This document shows positions 29,059 through 41,800 of a stretch of 64,000 nucleotides of DNA, one piece after another (the first letter of the stretch is position 1; the number at the start of each line of letters is the position of its first letter). This stretch comes from Kudoa neothunni (taxonomy: Eukaryota > Animalia > Cnidaria): the NCBI GenBank assembly GCA_964304625.1, contig OZ199838.1, positions 10,805,607-10,869,606 on the forward strand, read 5' to 3'. The position numbers were made by a program, and so were the translations under genes. The notes under the pieces are model-generated. The model was not told where the DNA came from. It saw only the letters and a program-made list of their open reading frames with translations, and searched no databases.

Positions 29059-30677
29059 GCGCTGCAACCAATAATAACTATGAGGCGAGAAATTTTATTT
29101 GTTATAGTTATATGTAGTGAATTAGCTGGATATTGTTTTCCTTCAATAAAAAAAGTTATTAATATTTTGTCGTGTTCTGATTGCAAACTGTGTTCTATGG
29201 CCTGCCCGCACCATCATATTGTTGAAATTAACAGTTAATTCTTAATTTAATTGTAATTTTTTATATTAACGATCGAATTACGCAATAATTGTTTCTCTTA
29301 AATCTATATAACTTTTTCATATCAGTAAATTATCTGGGAAGGTTTATCAAATATTGGCATACCCTATTATTTCTTAATAATGACTTATGTTTGTACAAAA
29401 TCAAATTTACATTTAAAATTATCGTAGTTGGATTTGCATTTATTCAGAAAATCATGATAATAATTTTAACATTTTATTTTGATGGAATAAGTATCATAAA
29501 TATTACAATATTTTTCCTCAATGCTGAATTCTCTTTATTTTAAACTCATTTAAAATTGAATAAATGCAACATTATCGAGAAAATCTACCATTTTACGGTA
29601 ATTATTTATCATTTTTGTTTATTGGAAGACATGCATGGACCTAATAATATATCCAATGTCCATCACGCTTAAATTGAGCGATGAAAAAAAATAATATCGA
29701 GAAAAAACTTTTTAAAATATTCGAAGGAAGTATCAGCTTAACATTGGCTTAACCGAGTATTTACCTCTCGGAGTATGCATAAACATAGACGGCATGCAAC
29801 AGGATTTTTTAATTTAATGGTTTAAATTAAAGATGTATTAACTCAGATTAAAAACAGATACTAGTGTTAGAAGCCGGAACTAAAAGATATAGACATATTT
29901 GTTTGTTAAAGCCGTATTCTCTTTGAGCTAATTAGTATCTAGATACACCAACTTACTAAATAAGTGTAAATAACCAAGTTCAACCATCAAATATTGATAT
30001 AATTAATTGACGAAAAATGGATCACCACTCAAAAATTTAATAGACCAATAAAAGTAGTAGTCTAATCTGAACTATTTATTTACTAATTTTTAATTAAAAA
30101 GGTAAATTGAGTCCACATCGTCATAGTTATTTGCTAGTTTGTTTACTAGTTGATTATCTCCTAATTATCAATAAAAGATCAATTTAGATTGAATTAGACA
30201 AGTTGCACGCCGGAAAACAAAATCACTTCATGCTTACACTGTTATCTACAAACGCACAACCATTAATATTTCTTTATCTCAAAACCCTTAAAGGTTAAAC
30301 CATATTCCAGCTTTAAAATATTCATTTGTCGGTTTATCTGCAGGCTTAACCAATTTGACAACATTATAATAAAGTACTTAAAAAATGGAAGAATTGAATT
30401 AGTAAGAATGTACAAGAAATGTTCAGTCGATGAATATCAAACTAACATTGGGGTTTACTACCATCACTACTTGACCACAACAAAACTGAAACATTATGTT
30501 TTCACAGAAACAAGCACACTAAGTATTGTTTGTTGACAATACATCCAAATTTTCGATTTTAAATATCAGCTTTACGCTGAATTAGATTCTCTTAGCATTA
30601 TTATTAAGCCGGTGTAGAGACATTCAAAGAAAGGGCAGATAAAATTAAATTCTGTTTACTCGCGCACATAACACAGT

Positions 30678-31493
30678 ATGAGAGCATTGATAGTCATTGG
30701 ATCAGGTGTTGAAGATTTGGAAACAATCGTCACTTTTGATATTCTTCGTAGAGCGAAAGTGATCCAACCAATCAATCAATAGATCGATCGTATGGACCAT
30801 GTTGAATTATAAACTTTAGTTTGATGCCAACATTGCATCCATAACAGGCATTGATGTTATACGTTTGAGCATGGGAACTATGTTAGAAACCCCATAAAAG
30901 GCTTGTCGACTGCAAAGATGTATGATTTTATTTATGGGATATCGAGGAATAGAATAAAGTAACCCTGTTGCATCCTTATTTACTTTAGGATACCTATGAC
31001 ATCATCGTATTCCCAGGTGGCCCGGGTTGTTTTGCTGTAGCTGATGTATGTCTACATTTTCTGGATTTATTGGATAGTTTCGAATAGCCGCATATATTGA
31101 TTAAATTTTTCTTAATTTAACGATCTAGGACGTCATAGCTCAAGAGATGTGTAAGAGACATCTTGAAGCCGGAAAAATAGTAGGAGCCATTTGTGCAGCT
31201 CCAGCAGCTCTTTCTAAACATGGTCTACTAAAAGGAAAACGAATTACATGCTATCCTTCTGCTGTGGATCTTATGAGTGCAGGTTTTATAATTTCGATAT
31301 GAAAGGTGCTTAATGTTGTATCACTTAGAATGCATTCTTTGTTAATAATCGAGTTGTAATTGATGGCAATCTTATCACCGGTAAAGGACCTGGTATTACG
31401 TTGGATTTTGCACTTGAGTTGGTCAGAGCCTATGCTGGGGATAACATTTGTGAAAATGTTCGAAAAGAACTTCGACTAGATGATCAACCATAA
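30678..31493 (+). CDS. PARK7: DJ-1/PARK7 family protein, copy B (two +1 indels; sequencing error or recent pseudogene)
   Basis: Same 5-exon structure and intron phases as copy A; VEDLET, FPGG, AICAAP, TCYP and ITGKGPG motifs. Extra base in AAA (30887-30889) and in TTT (31338-31340). Confidence 0.85.
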
Positions 31494-32400
31494 TAAGGTG
31501 GATTTGTGGCCTTCATCCATTCTAAACTACCTTCCGACAACAGTTGTCTAACATATTGAGACTACTTAGTTGTTTATTGCCACGATCACTACCATTATTA
31601 TTGTTGTTGTGTTTTTACTACAATGTGCTTTCTAACTGATTGCATTTATTTTATGTGAATGAGAATTTATACATTAGCAAAGCGTTACCATCTGATTTGA
31701 CAAAACAAGATTTATTATCCTCGGTTATTTTCACCGAATACTTCCAATAGATCAATAAGTAAGGTTTTCAGATACAATGCGTTTCGTTTATGAGTGAATG
31801 GCGACGGGATGCGATAATAAAATATTGTTCGTATTTGTTACGATCATGAGAAAAATCATTGCGCTTATAAAAACACACGGTAATGAAGAACAACGTTATA
31901 ACGAGACTGTTTGTTTATATAGATAGCGAGACAAATCTTAACACATTATAATGACGTCACGTCTATGACAACATATTTACGATATACCAAATTATAATTA
32001 ATATACATGAAAATTAATAACGATATAATTAACATATACACTAACGTTACAGTATTAATTCATATATTTTTAAAATAATATCAGCGGTGAAAATATGAAG
32101 GGAGGATTTCATTTAAATACCGCTCGATTTGTACAGGTCACTTAATTTTTCTACGTCCAAACTGTAATTTTATGCAGTCCAATATTAGTTTCTAATAACC
32201 TTATAAAAGTAGTTGTCGCGATGAAAAATATGCAAATTTGGTAAATGTATTCTGTGAATCGAAAAAAATTAAAAATAAAAAAAAAACAATATGATTTAAA
32301 ATGGAAGATTTTTATATTTTTCATGAAATTAGCTTCTTGGCGCAATTTGAAACGTTGCTGAGTCATGATTGGTTAGGCCACCCCCATTACGCTATATGGC

Positions 32401-32637
32401 CAGTGGTTCTAAACCTTATTGGAACTGTGGATCTTCATTTATATTAAGGGGGATTGTAAACAAAATAAAATATTTATTCTCAAAATTTTTTCGAAATCGA
32501 CAAGGACTTGGACAACATGCATTTGTGCCTAGATACCAATTAAATTAATAGTTTCTATATTCTTTCGGTTTTGCGAATCGCCCAGTAAACTTCGGCTGGC
32601 CCCTAGGGATTGGTGGACCAGCGGTTCAAAACCGTTG
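32401..32637. mobile_element. degenerate hAT-type MITE (tentative)
   Basis: CAGTGGTTCTAAACC start with an imperfect inverted copy GGTTCAAAACCGTTG; TSD not convincing. Confidence 0.4.
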
Positions 32638-33665
32638 CCGATACCCATCAAAACATGAGTATCAACTACCCCATCAAGTGTTATCTTCTTGCGGCAGCGT
32701 GGAAGTTTAAACCACTAAACATTCTCATTTTTCTAGTAATTACCATCCCGAATCGTATCCACAAGGAATTGGATTCAACTGATTATATCCTGCCTGTTAG
32801 TGCACCCCCAAAGGTTCAAACGTCTAACTTGATCTTCTTTGTTAGGATTAAATTACAACTAAAGGTGAAGTTATACGGTTTTAATTTAATTTAATTCTAA
32901 TCACAGCCCACGTTATAGGATAGGGAACATGCTGGTATGGAAACAGTAGACTTATCGTTGGCGGTAACTGAATCTAGACACTTCGGGATAATGAATCCAA
33001 CCATCCTGGACCTAGAAAACAGTCGAATGAAGTCAGCGAATATAAAATTAATTCAAAACAAGTTCAATTATCGATTAAAATTTTATTCTAATATTAAAAA
33101 ATACCGAAATTTGAAAATTTAGAAAGGTTACTGAAACCAACATTAAATGCCAAGGAAACAGAGTTAAAACTATGAGTAAAGGAGATGGGATAAAATAGGT
33201 TAATTGTAACCAGAGAAGAAATCTGCCTGAAAGCGATGAATTTTAGAAAGTACCTAAGTTTTAAAGAAATTACAGTCTGATGTACACGTTTAACGTGCGC
33301 TGTAATTTAACTTCCTTCAAACAACAAAATATTTCGAAAACTTTCATCAGATTTAAAGGAAAGAATCATTTGTTTTTGTATATACGTGATAAGCCTTACG
33401 AAAAGGAAAATTTCGGACTTAGTCTAATATAGGGACTAAAATAATAACCGTTAAGACTATTAGTCGTGATGAAACATATTTTTATCGCGTTTTAACGGAA
33501 AAGTTTATAATAATTGTTAATTTTTAACGAAAACGCGAAAATGAAATCTTCCTTCATTAGCTGGTGACAACGAAGAATCTTAACTTTTAAAATTAAATGA
33601 TTCCATTACTTGTATGATCCGATTTTTTTTCATTTTAATCTATAAGTTCTCCGTAACTAACTTAA

Positions 33666-33902
33666 CCCTTAAAAGCTAACATTGTGCCCACAAGAATATC
33701 TTTATATTTTTGTTAGAAAATTTGTTTTTAACATCGTTATATTTTGTGTTTTCACCAGAATTTCATCTACTTAAAAAAATATTATTAGTCAACTAATGTG
33801 ATAAAATTAGTTAAACTTCCTATAAAAATACGCGAAATATCACATTTTATACAACGCTATCATAGAAATGGATGCGTGGAGCTCAAGATTAGTTTCTAAG
33901 GG
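33666..33902. mobile_element. piggyBac-type MITE (237 bp)
   Basis: TTAA on both sides; imperfect TIR CCCTTAAAAGCTAACATTG versus CCCTTAGAAACTAATCTTG. Confidence 0.8.
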
Positions 33903-34871
33903 TTAATGAATTGTTTAAATTAATAGTAATTTAAGAATTATTATATTTGTCGTATGTATGCAACTTATATTTAAATTACCCACAATCACCAAGGTATTTA
34001 TACTCGTTTGCGACTTATTTTTAAGAATATACAATATTTTCAAACGTAAAATGTACACAACGGTTATAATAAAGCTTTTCTACCAAAAATAGGCTAGGTG
34101 AAAAAGTTTAACATCTCGTCTATGCCAGCGCTCCCCGATTCATTTTAGTTTCTACACCCCTTCTCAAAATGAAATTATAAACAAATTTATTTTTAGGCGG
34201 TAAAAATAAATCTACTAAAATTAGATGTAAAAATAGGTTACTTTAATGGGAAAATAAATTAAGTGATTTGACTTATTTCTTGTATTTTTTGACAATAATT
34301 GAATCGAAAAGTGGCTATTTATTAGGTAAAGATGTGAATGGATCATAATTTTTAAATGAAGCAGCTATTCCATACTATAATGCAAAATATTAGATCCGAA
34401 TGTCACGCATGCGTCATATGTAAGATTTTATAGTTATTTTCTTTTAGTTATAAATTTAAAAATTAAATGAGGAAAATAAAGATACAGCCCGATCTTGAAT
34501 GTAAAGTTTTAGGTTATGTAATTATTAAGTGCAAACTAATTTTAACTTGAAGTATAAAAATTAAAAATAAACAATGTGAACGCAAATCAAAATTTAGTTC
34601 CTACTGGCCTCACAGCTCACTTAAAAAATATATCATGCAATATTAAGAATTAAACCCACTTAAAACATTTTATAATTTTTTTATCGTTTGTCTTTAAAAA
34701 TGAATATTTCACAATTTTTCACTTGGAACCAAAAAGATTTAATTTAATAATTAATTAAAAAAAACAAATGAATACTTGAGTTATTTATTTATTTATGAAC
34801 GAATGAATGAATTAAAAACCATTTTTGCTTTATATACGAACAAATATAAAATAGTGGATTAAAAGCGCATA

Positions 34872-35850
34872 TTAATTGTCAATAATATTCATCAGATGAC
34901 TTCTGTTTACAAGGTTTATTTCAGCTTCAAATGCGCACGAATCGCACATAATATGCTTTTGAGAAAGATTCCAATTACGTAGAATCTGTTCATTACGTAC
35001 AAAGAATGCTCGGCCATACAATTTGTTATTGACTGAAACTATGAATCTAGGAACTCAATGGGGAAACCCGGGTCTATATGAAAACACCGAATCAACAGCG
35101 CAACAGAACCATTGTCTTCATGACTAACATCATGTAGATTACAAGCTCTTATTAGCGTGCTACGTTCATTAACAACTTCCACACCATGTATGCTTAATTT
35201 CGAAGTTAATCCTTTTCCATATTCATTATTGGAAAGAATTTGAAATTCACATGCTCATCTCTATCCTAGGTTTGCAATGAACGTTCAACGCTTCACAAAC
35301 TGCAAACCAGATTTTACCTGAGGAGTGGTAGACTAATAAAAAATTCGTGGATCAATCTAGTTTTTAAAACGTCTCAGTAGGTAAACCTTTATCACTTATC
35401 ACTTTGTCTAGGTCTAGACTCTAGAGTAAATGACCTATTCAACGAATAAAATTTCCGAAAGATAGAATTCTCATTAAACTCATTTAATAAAAATACATAA
35501 ATTATTTCAAATCAAATGAACTAAGGAATTCTATTCTACTTTATTATGAACAGTTCCTCAAAATTATAAATTCACCATAAAATAACATTATTGGTTCTTT
35601 GACTTGTTACCAACTAAATATTATGCTTCTGGATTTTTGAAATTAAAAAAATTTATTTATCAGTTATCATCAACGTTTACCGCCAACATTTATAGATAGG
35701 ATTAGTTCGACAATTAAATTTAGCGAAAATCTTACTTGTTATCGGGTATTCATTGGAATGATGGACTGAGATATAATGGTTGCAAAATCTATTTTAATCC
35801 AACATTTAAACAAACGGATCAATGTTTTATTAAGGGTGTTCCCATACCCA
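34872..35850 (-). CDS. unidentified multi-exon gene divergent from CXXC1
   Basis: Codon-like stretches (EFQILSNNEYGKG...RACNLHD; PRFIVSVNNKLYGRAFF...HIMCDSCAFEAEINL...DN*) separated by short GT-AG introns. Apparent 1-nt indels; 5' end near the GCGCGCGC motif at 35852. Confidence 0.4.
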
Positions 35851-35851
35851 A

Positions 35852-35861
35852 TGCGCGCGCA
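35852..35861. promoter_or_regulatory. GCGC-type (NRF1-like) promoter element, possibly bidirectional
   Basis: Palindrome TGCGCGCGCA 37 nt upstream of the CXXC1 ATG and at the 5' end of a divergent gene. Similar motifs precede most genes in the window. Confidence 0.6.
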
Positions 35862-35898
35862 CAAAACACACATCGTATATCATTTATGCCGTCTCTAA

Positions 35899-38800
35899 AT
35901 GGAAAAGGTTGATGTCAGCGATTTGAACCCCGAGAATAAATGCAGTGAGAAACGCAATAAAATTACTTACAAAAACCAGTTTACGGCCAATCCTACACAA
36001 AACGGGTTAGCCATTGCAAATCATTCTATTATTAAGTATCTAGGCAGTTTATCAATAGATTTTGTGTTTTTAGTGTGTGCTATGAATAGATACAAATTTT
36101 TTACTGTATCCAATCTAATTGTAATTTAGTACTAAGGAGATCGGCCCACAAAATCATAAACTTTCGAATGAGTTTTTTAATGGTGCCATGAATGTGCCAT
36201 TCAGTTCAAATACTAATAATCACACTTTCTTACCGAACAACACATCACAAAGAATGTTCGAGAAATCCTTCAACTTTAATCGTACGAATATTAGCAATAT
36301 ATCTCATCCGGATTCGAAATATTCGTCAGTCCAACAGCAACCTGTTTCAAATTTAGCTTTCCGTGTTGGTTATCCCAATAACACAACACATCGGCCACCG
36401 CTATTCAACCAACAAAGTGTGGCCATCAATAACAACAATAATATTAATAATGACAACATCAATAATAATGGTAGATGTGCGATTGACCGAAACAGAATTG
36501 CTAATATTCCCCCACTGAACAACACCTACAACTCTCCTAATTTTAACACCAACCCATATGTTAGTAATTATCCGGTGCGTATGGAAGGTAGCGGATATTT
36601 TCCAGGTGTCAATCCCCTTCAAAATCAAGCTCAAACTACAACAATCGGACAACCCAGAGCTCAATTTCTGCCATGCACTAATAGTGATGCTAGTCACGGA
36701 TCCTTGAATGCAATGAGAATGACCCCAGAAAGAATATATTCACAAAATAATATAAATGCATATGGGAGTTTACCAACATCGTCGAATCACCACCCTTCAA
36801 CTTTGATGCAATGTAGCAACAACGCACCGGCTCTGGCTCTTTCAACACCAAATCATAAATCCATAGGTGGAAACACTGCCGTTGTCTCTAACGCTAACGC
36901 TAATGCGGTTAGTGGTGGTACATGCAACTGTTACGGTTGTATTAACCTGAACGATTGTGGTAATTGTTCCGTGTGCAAAACTATGCACAAGTTTGGAGGA
37001 CCTTTTGCGAAAACGTCGAAGCGGTGCGTTTTCCGTACATGCGTTCGTGCCAATCCTAACTACAACCCAATGAATAGAGTTTATACGACCAATGGAACCC
37101 AAACAATGTCTGTTTTTTTAATTTAAATGAACTGAAACGGTTATTTTAGTGAAAATTTTCAAACTAACGCGTTTCAAATTCCTCGATTTCCGATGGATAA
37201 CTGTCAGCAACCACTTCCCCAACTAAGAAATGTTTCCCAAATCTCCGATCCCACCAATATTACAGTTGGCAGCCAGTCAACCATGCATTTTAATAAAAAC
37301 TTGAATTATAATCCTCAATTGGTGCCATCTACATCATATGCCAACGTTTACAATAATGTGGCTGAACGGCAACGTCGTAAAAGACCTGAGCCATCCCTTC
37401 CGGTGGCCACTGGCAACCAAGTTAAACGCTGCGTAGCTGGCAGAACCGAGTCGATCGCTCCAAAGCCAAATCTTATTCCGGTGAAACATGTTCTTCGTTG
37501 TCATGCCGATGGTTGCGATAAATTTGTCATGCACAAATCAAAATATTGCTCTCAACAATGTGGAATAAAGACCAATCTTAAGTACTATTATTATTTGTTA
37601 TTATTAATTATTATTACTGTTATTGGTATTGTTGAAACCCATTATGTCAAATATTGTATTTTTCGAATATATTATGCACGTATTGAATGGATAATTTCAT
37701 CTTTCTACTTTTAGAAGGGTGAAAAATCGTTTAGATACATGCCTGACGTCAGGTCGCATGAACTCATCGTATATACGTGACACCGAGAAATCGCGTAGAC
37801 TACAGCGCAAATTCGAAGTAAAAAGTTCAGTTTTGTAAAAGAGTCTGAGAGTTATTGGATTTTTTAAGACAATCCAAGAGGAAATAACTTCACATAAAGA
37901 GATGCGTTCAAACCTTTTGAAATATTTCCAACGGCGGCCGCCGAGTTCGACATGGTCAATTGTATTTACATGATAGATAGTAGTTGACGGTGAATGATTT
38001 GCTCATTTAGAACTCCAATGATGATGTTGTTAATATTGATGCACAGTTCATGTGTCCGTGTTGTCAAAGCTATGTCGGAGCATTTCAAGCTGTTAAACAT
38101 GTTGAAAATTGCTATAATAAGGTAGATTGTTTAAAGAATTAGATGTGTCGCTTTTAATTTTAATATTCAAATGTCGTTCACCGTCGTATATTCTATTAGA
38201 TTGTAATGGTTAATTGTTATTTCCGATGTTCTCCTATAATAAATAAGAGGTTGAAAAACGTGAAAAACTGTCAGGGGGAAATAATCTTTGTAAAATATTT
38301 ACTGACCTACGCGAAATTGAGCGCAAAATTTCAATTTTCACCGTAATCATTTTAAACAACAAATTGTGTCAAATTTATAAATGAGATTTGTAAGAATTAA
38401 TAATGAAGGATTCGAATAAGTATTTTGAATCTAGAGTATGGGCCACCGAAGTTTTTGTCTTACGGGCTAAATTTTTGATATTTATAAACTTCGAGAGCCG
38501 ATTTAAAAAAACTGTTTTTTTTAAAGCAGTTTTATAAAATGATGCAAAAATAATATAAATACAAACTATTATGAATTTGTGTTTGAATGTGAAACTGATT
38601 CCGATCTAATAAAGGTTTATCTCTCCTCAGTACGTACAAAAAAGGTAGTTCCAGTCATAAGCAATGCGTTAAGATGTGTATCTGACAATCGATTCCTCTG
38701 GCGGGACGTAGTGTATTTTCCTTTTTGAGACCCCAAAGGGATTACAAACTACTTCTAATCTATTGCTTAATTAAAAAATAGGGATTTTGGTTATTTTAGT

Positions 38801-41800
38801 TGCGGTTTAAGAATTACTTTTTTTCAAATATAAAATTCGAGGTTTGTTAATGAAAACGTACTCAAATTGTATAGATGCTAATAAGTTATTGATTTGTGGA
38901 ATCTAAAATGTTTTAAAATATTGTATATGATGCTAGAAAAACATTGTATCTTTTATTTCATTGCTTTGTTTTATATTTGAATATTTATTCTCTCATTTTT
39001 CTCCAAATTTAATAAAACATTTATCAACCCTCGGAAGACGATATTTGGAACATTAACGCGTGTTCCGCTGTGGGATGCTTTAGGACCCCAGGGGTTTACC
39101 ATGTTTCTAACATGATACAATTTTGAAATCCATGATATTGGATGATGACTCAATGTTAAATCGACTTTTCAAATTATTCACTAAATGAAGTAAATGTCTT
39201 TGTATTGACGTAACATGCGTCACCTTCTAAAATGAGATGATTGATTACCAACGATATAATGCCATCAACCATTAATAACTTCGATGACAAAAAAATCAAT
39301 ATTAATTAAAAGTACATTTATTTCGGAAATTGTGACAACACAAACCCGCCATAATTTTACGTACCAAATTGGAATCCTTTGTATAGGTTTAGGATTAAAT
39401 AAATGTAATTGTTAAGGTTACGTGTTAAAGCTATTTTAAACAATTTTGAAAATTTTATGTATATTTTTGCATCTAATGTTAGGAAAATGTTCAATAAAAA
39501 TTTACCGAAGTTATAAAATCATTGTTAAAGTGCCTTGCCCTCTTTTGTTTAGATCAGGGGTCGGTAACCTACGACTCGCCATGCATTGATTGGCGTGTAA
39601 ATTTTTCTTGACATCTAACATAAGTAAATATTTTATGGGTTTTTATCTAGATCGTTTTCCAAATATTAATATGTTGTTTATATATATATATATATATATA
39701 TACATTTTAGTTGACTAAAATTCATTTTCATTAAAACAGATAACCGGAATAAGTATAACTGTTAAAATTTTTTCTATTAGCGTATTAAATATTCTCAAAA
39801 GAGTGTATAAGTACATCTTATTTGACTTTGCCCAATAAATCGTTCATTCACGAGTTTGTTACATTGCAAACAAAAACTATTAGTATATATTTTTATTTGA
39901 CGTACTTTTATATTTTAAATGACTTTTATAAATTCAAATATTGAATTAAGAATAATAATTAAAATACATTTTTGTAAATTAATTTTAACCCTCTGAGTCA
40001 CACGAAAATTTTCACCGTCCAAGTAAAACTTGGGTAGAAATCTACCCAAAGTTTTTTTTTCTAAAATTGGTTGATATATAAAGTTATATAATATCGAATA
40101 ATTTTAGTAAATTCTATCGATTAGATTTCGAGTAATTCAAGAAACATTATTATTGATCCCCTTGTGTGCATGCGTCAAATCTAAAGTATTTAATGTTTTT
40201 CGCTGTACGCGTTTGTCTTATCAACAATAAATTTATTTTTTTAACTTAAAAATATTCTTTTAACGCACAAGATTTTTATTGGTTTATCGCGAATTAAAAA
40301 ATGTAATGTTTACACAAAAATCAACGAATATTACGAGAAAATGGTGTTATTTCTTGAGACATGCCAAAAATGTTTTATACAGCAAAACACAGAGCAAACG
40401 TCACATCTATCGACAGTTTTTCTGTCGTCGTTTCGTCCGCACAATCGACACCATCCACTATTTCGGTTGTTTTGCCTGTTCTTTGAATTTGTGGAGCATT
40501 ATTCACGTACTGAAAATTCTTAGAAATCAAGGGGGAAATCACTTCTTCGGCCATTTTTTAACAAAATCTCTCCTTAGCAGATTCGTAGAATTAAATATTT
40601 CCTTGTTAATGCAGAAAGCATTGGTCAATGATATGTCTAACATGTTGAAAAATACAAGTGGCTAACGTCTGGTGATCCTTTTTACAATCAAGGATCCCAA
40701 CATCCTCGCGATGGTATCAACTCCATCCTTGACTGAGTTGTAATAAGCCATAACTTCTGGCTTATGTGATGGTTCATCGGTTATGTTTGTATTTGACGAT
40801 GAAGAACAGAGCATATAAACAGGCTTGTTTTTCTTTGCCAAATATCGCAATATCATCGTTTTATTGTTAAAAACAAAAAGAGAAGAATTCACGATGCCTG
40901 CTCTAGTGGGCCTCAAATTAGGCGGAATCTCTCGTTTATTAGAGCGCATGGTTCTCGCCATCGTAATTTTTTGGTCAACAATTCATCCGCCAATTCTGCA
41001 GACATAAAAAATTATCGCACACCAAATTTCGCCCCGAACCATGAGAGGGCTCTATCAAATGTAACGCGATTTCTTTGCTTACATTTGTAGCTGCTCTTAC
41101 AGCTTCACCACTACGCCTTCCCAGATATACACATATATTGGATACACAAGTAGATAGAGAATCCACTAACAAGAAAAATTTTATCCCATACTTGATACTT
41201 GGCGGGTTTCATAGGCATATATTGTTTGAATTTACAACGACCCCGAAAATCATAAAGTTGCTCATCAATGCAAATATCCTCGTATGAGCGGAAACTTGAA
41301 GCAAGTAAATCTATCCAAATTTCCCAAATCTCACGTATCTCACGTATATGACAAAATTTGTCCATGGCCTTCCTCATTTCACCTGTTTCTGTGTCATCGG
41401 AATGAAAGGTAGGCATGATTTGACGGAATCTATTGAGAGAAAACAAATCACGGTATATTTTCCTACCCTCTTCAGGATTAAACAATTCTTTTAACGGCTT
41501 TTGGTTATCCTTGTGGACACCCATCAGTAACAAACAACGAATAAGTGCATCTAGTTAAATTTTGTCTGGTAGTTGTATCCACGTATCCCCATAAATGTGG
41601 CATCAGGGTTGATTCGTGTATTTTAAAATTATGTTGTATATTTATTGATTGAAGAATGTCCGAAATGTATCGACCATCGGGTTAATATTCTGTTTTATGA
41701 AGTGGCAACGCCGAAACGATTATACAAGGTGTTTTCAGCCAGTGTTCGAATAGATACTGGAGCTTCATTCTCCCATAATGTCCCATTCTTGTCAATAAGA

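Noticed and set aside
30890-31345. Euplotes-like programmed +1 frameshifting at stop codons (CCA-TAA, TGT-TAA)
   Set aside because: Stops follow any frameshift quickly in AT-rich DNA. Removing a homopolymer base upstream aligns better with copy A, and both +1 and -1 lesions occur with no shared slippery motif.
32640-33122. Possible LINE endonuclease remnant (LAVTESR)
   Set aside because: A single short motif only, with no RT, tail or TSD.
36401-37534. Antisense ORFs over CXXC1 (and similar ones over NOL9, STAMBP and the TEs)
   Set aside because: Shadow ORFs of real coding exons.
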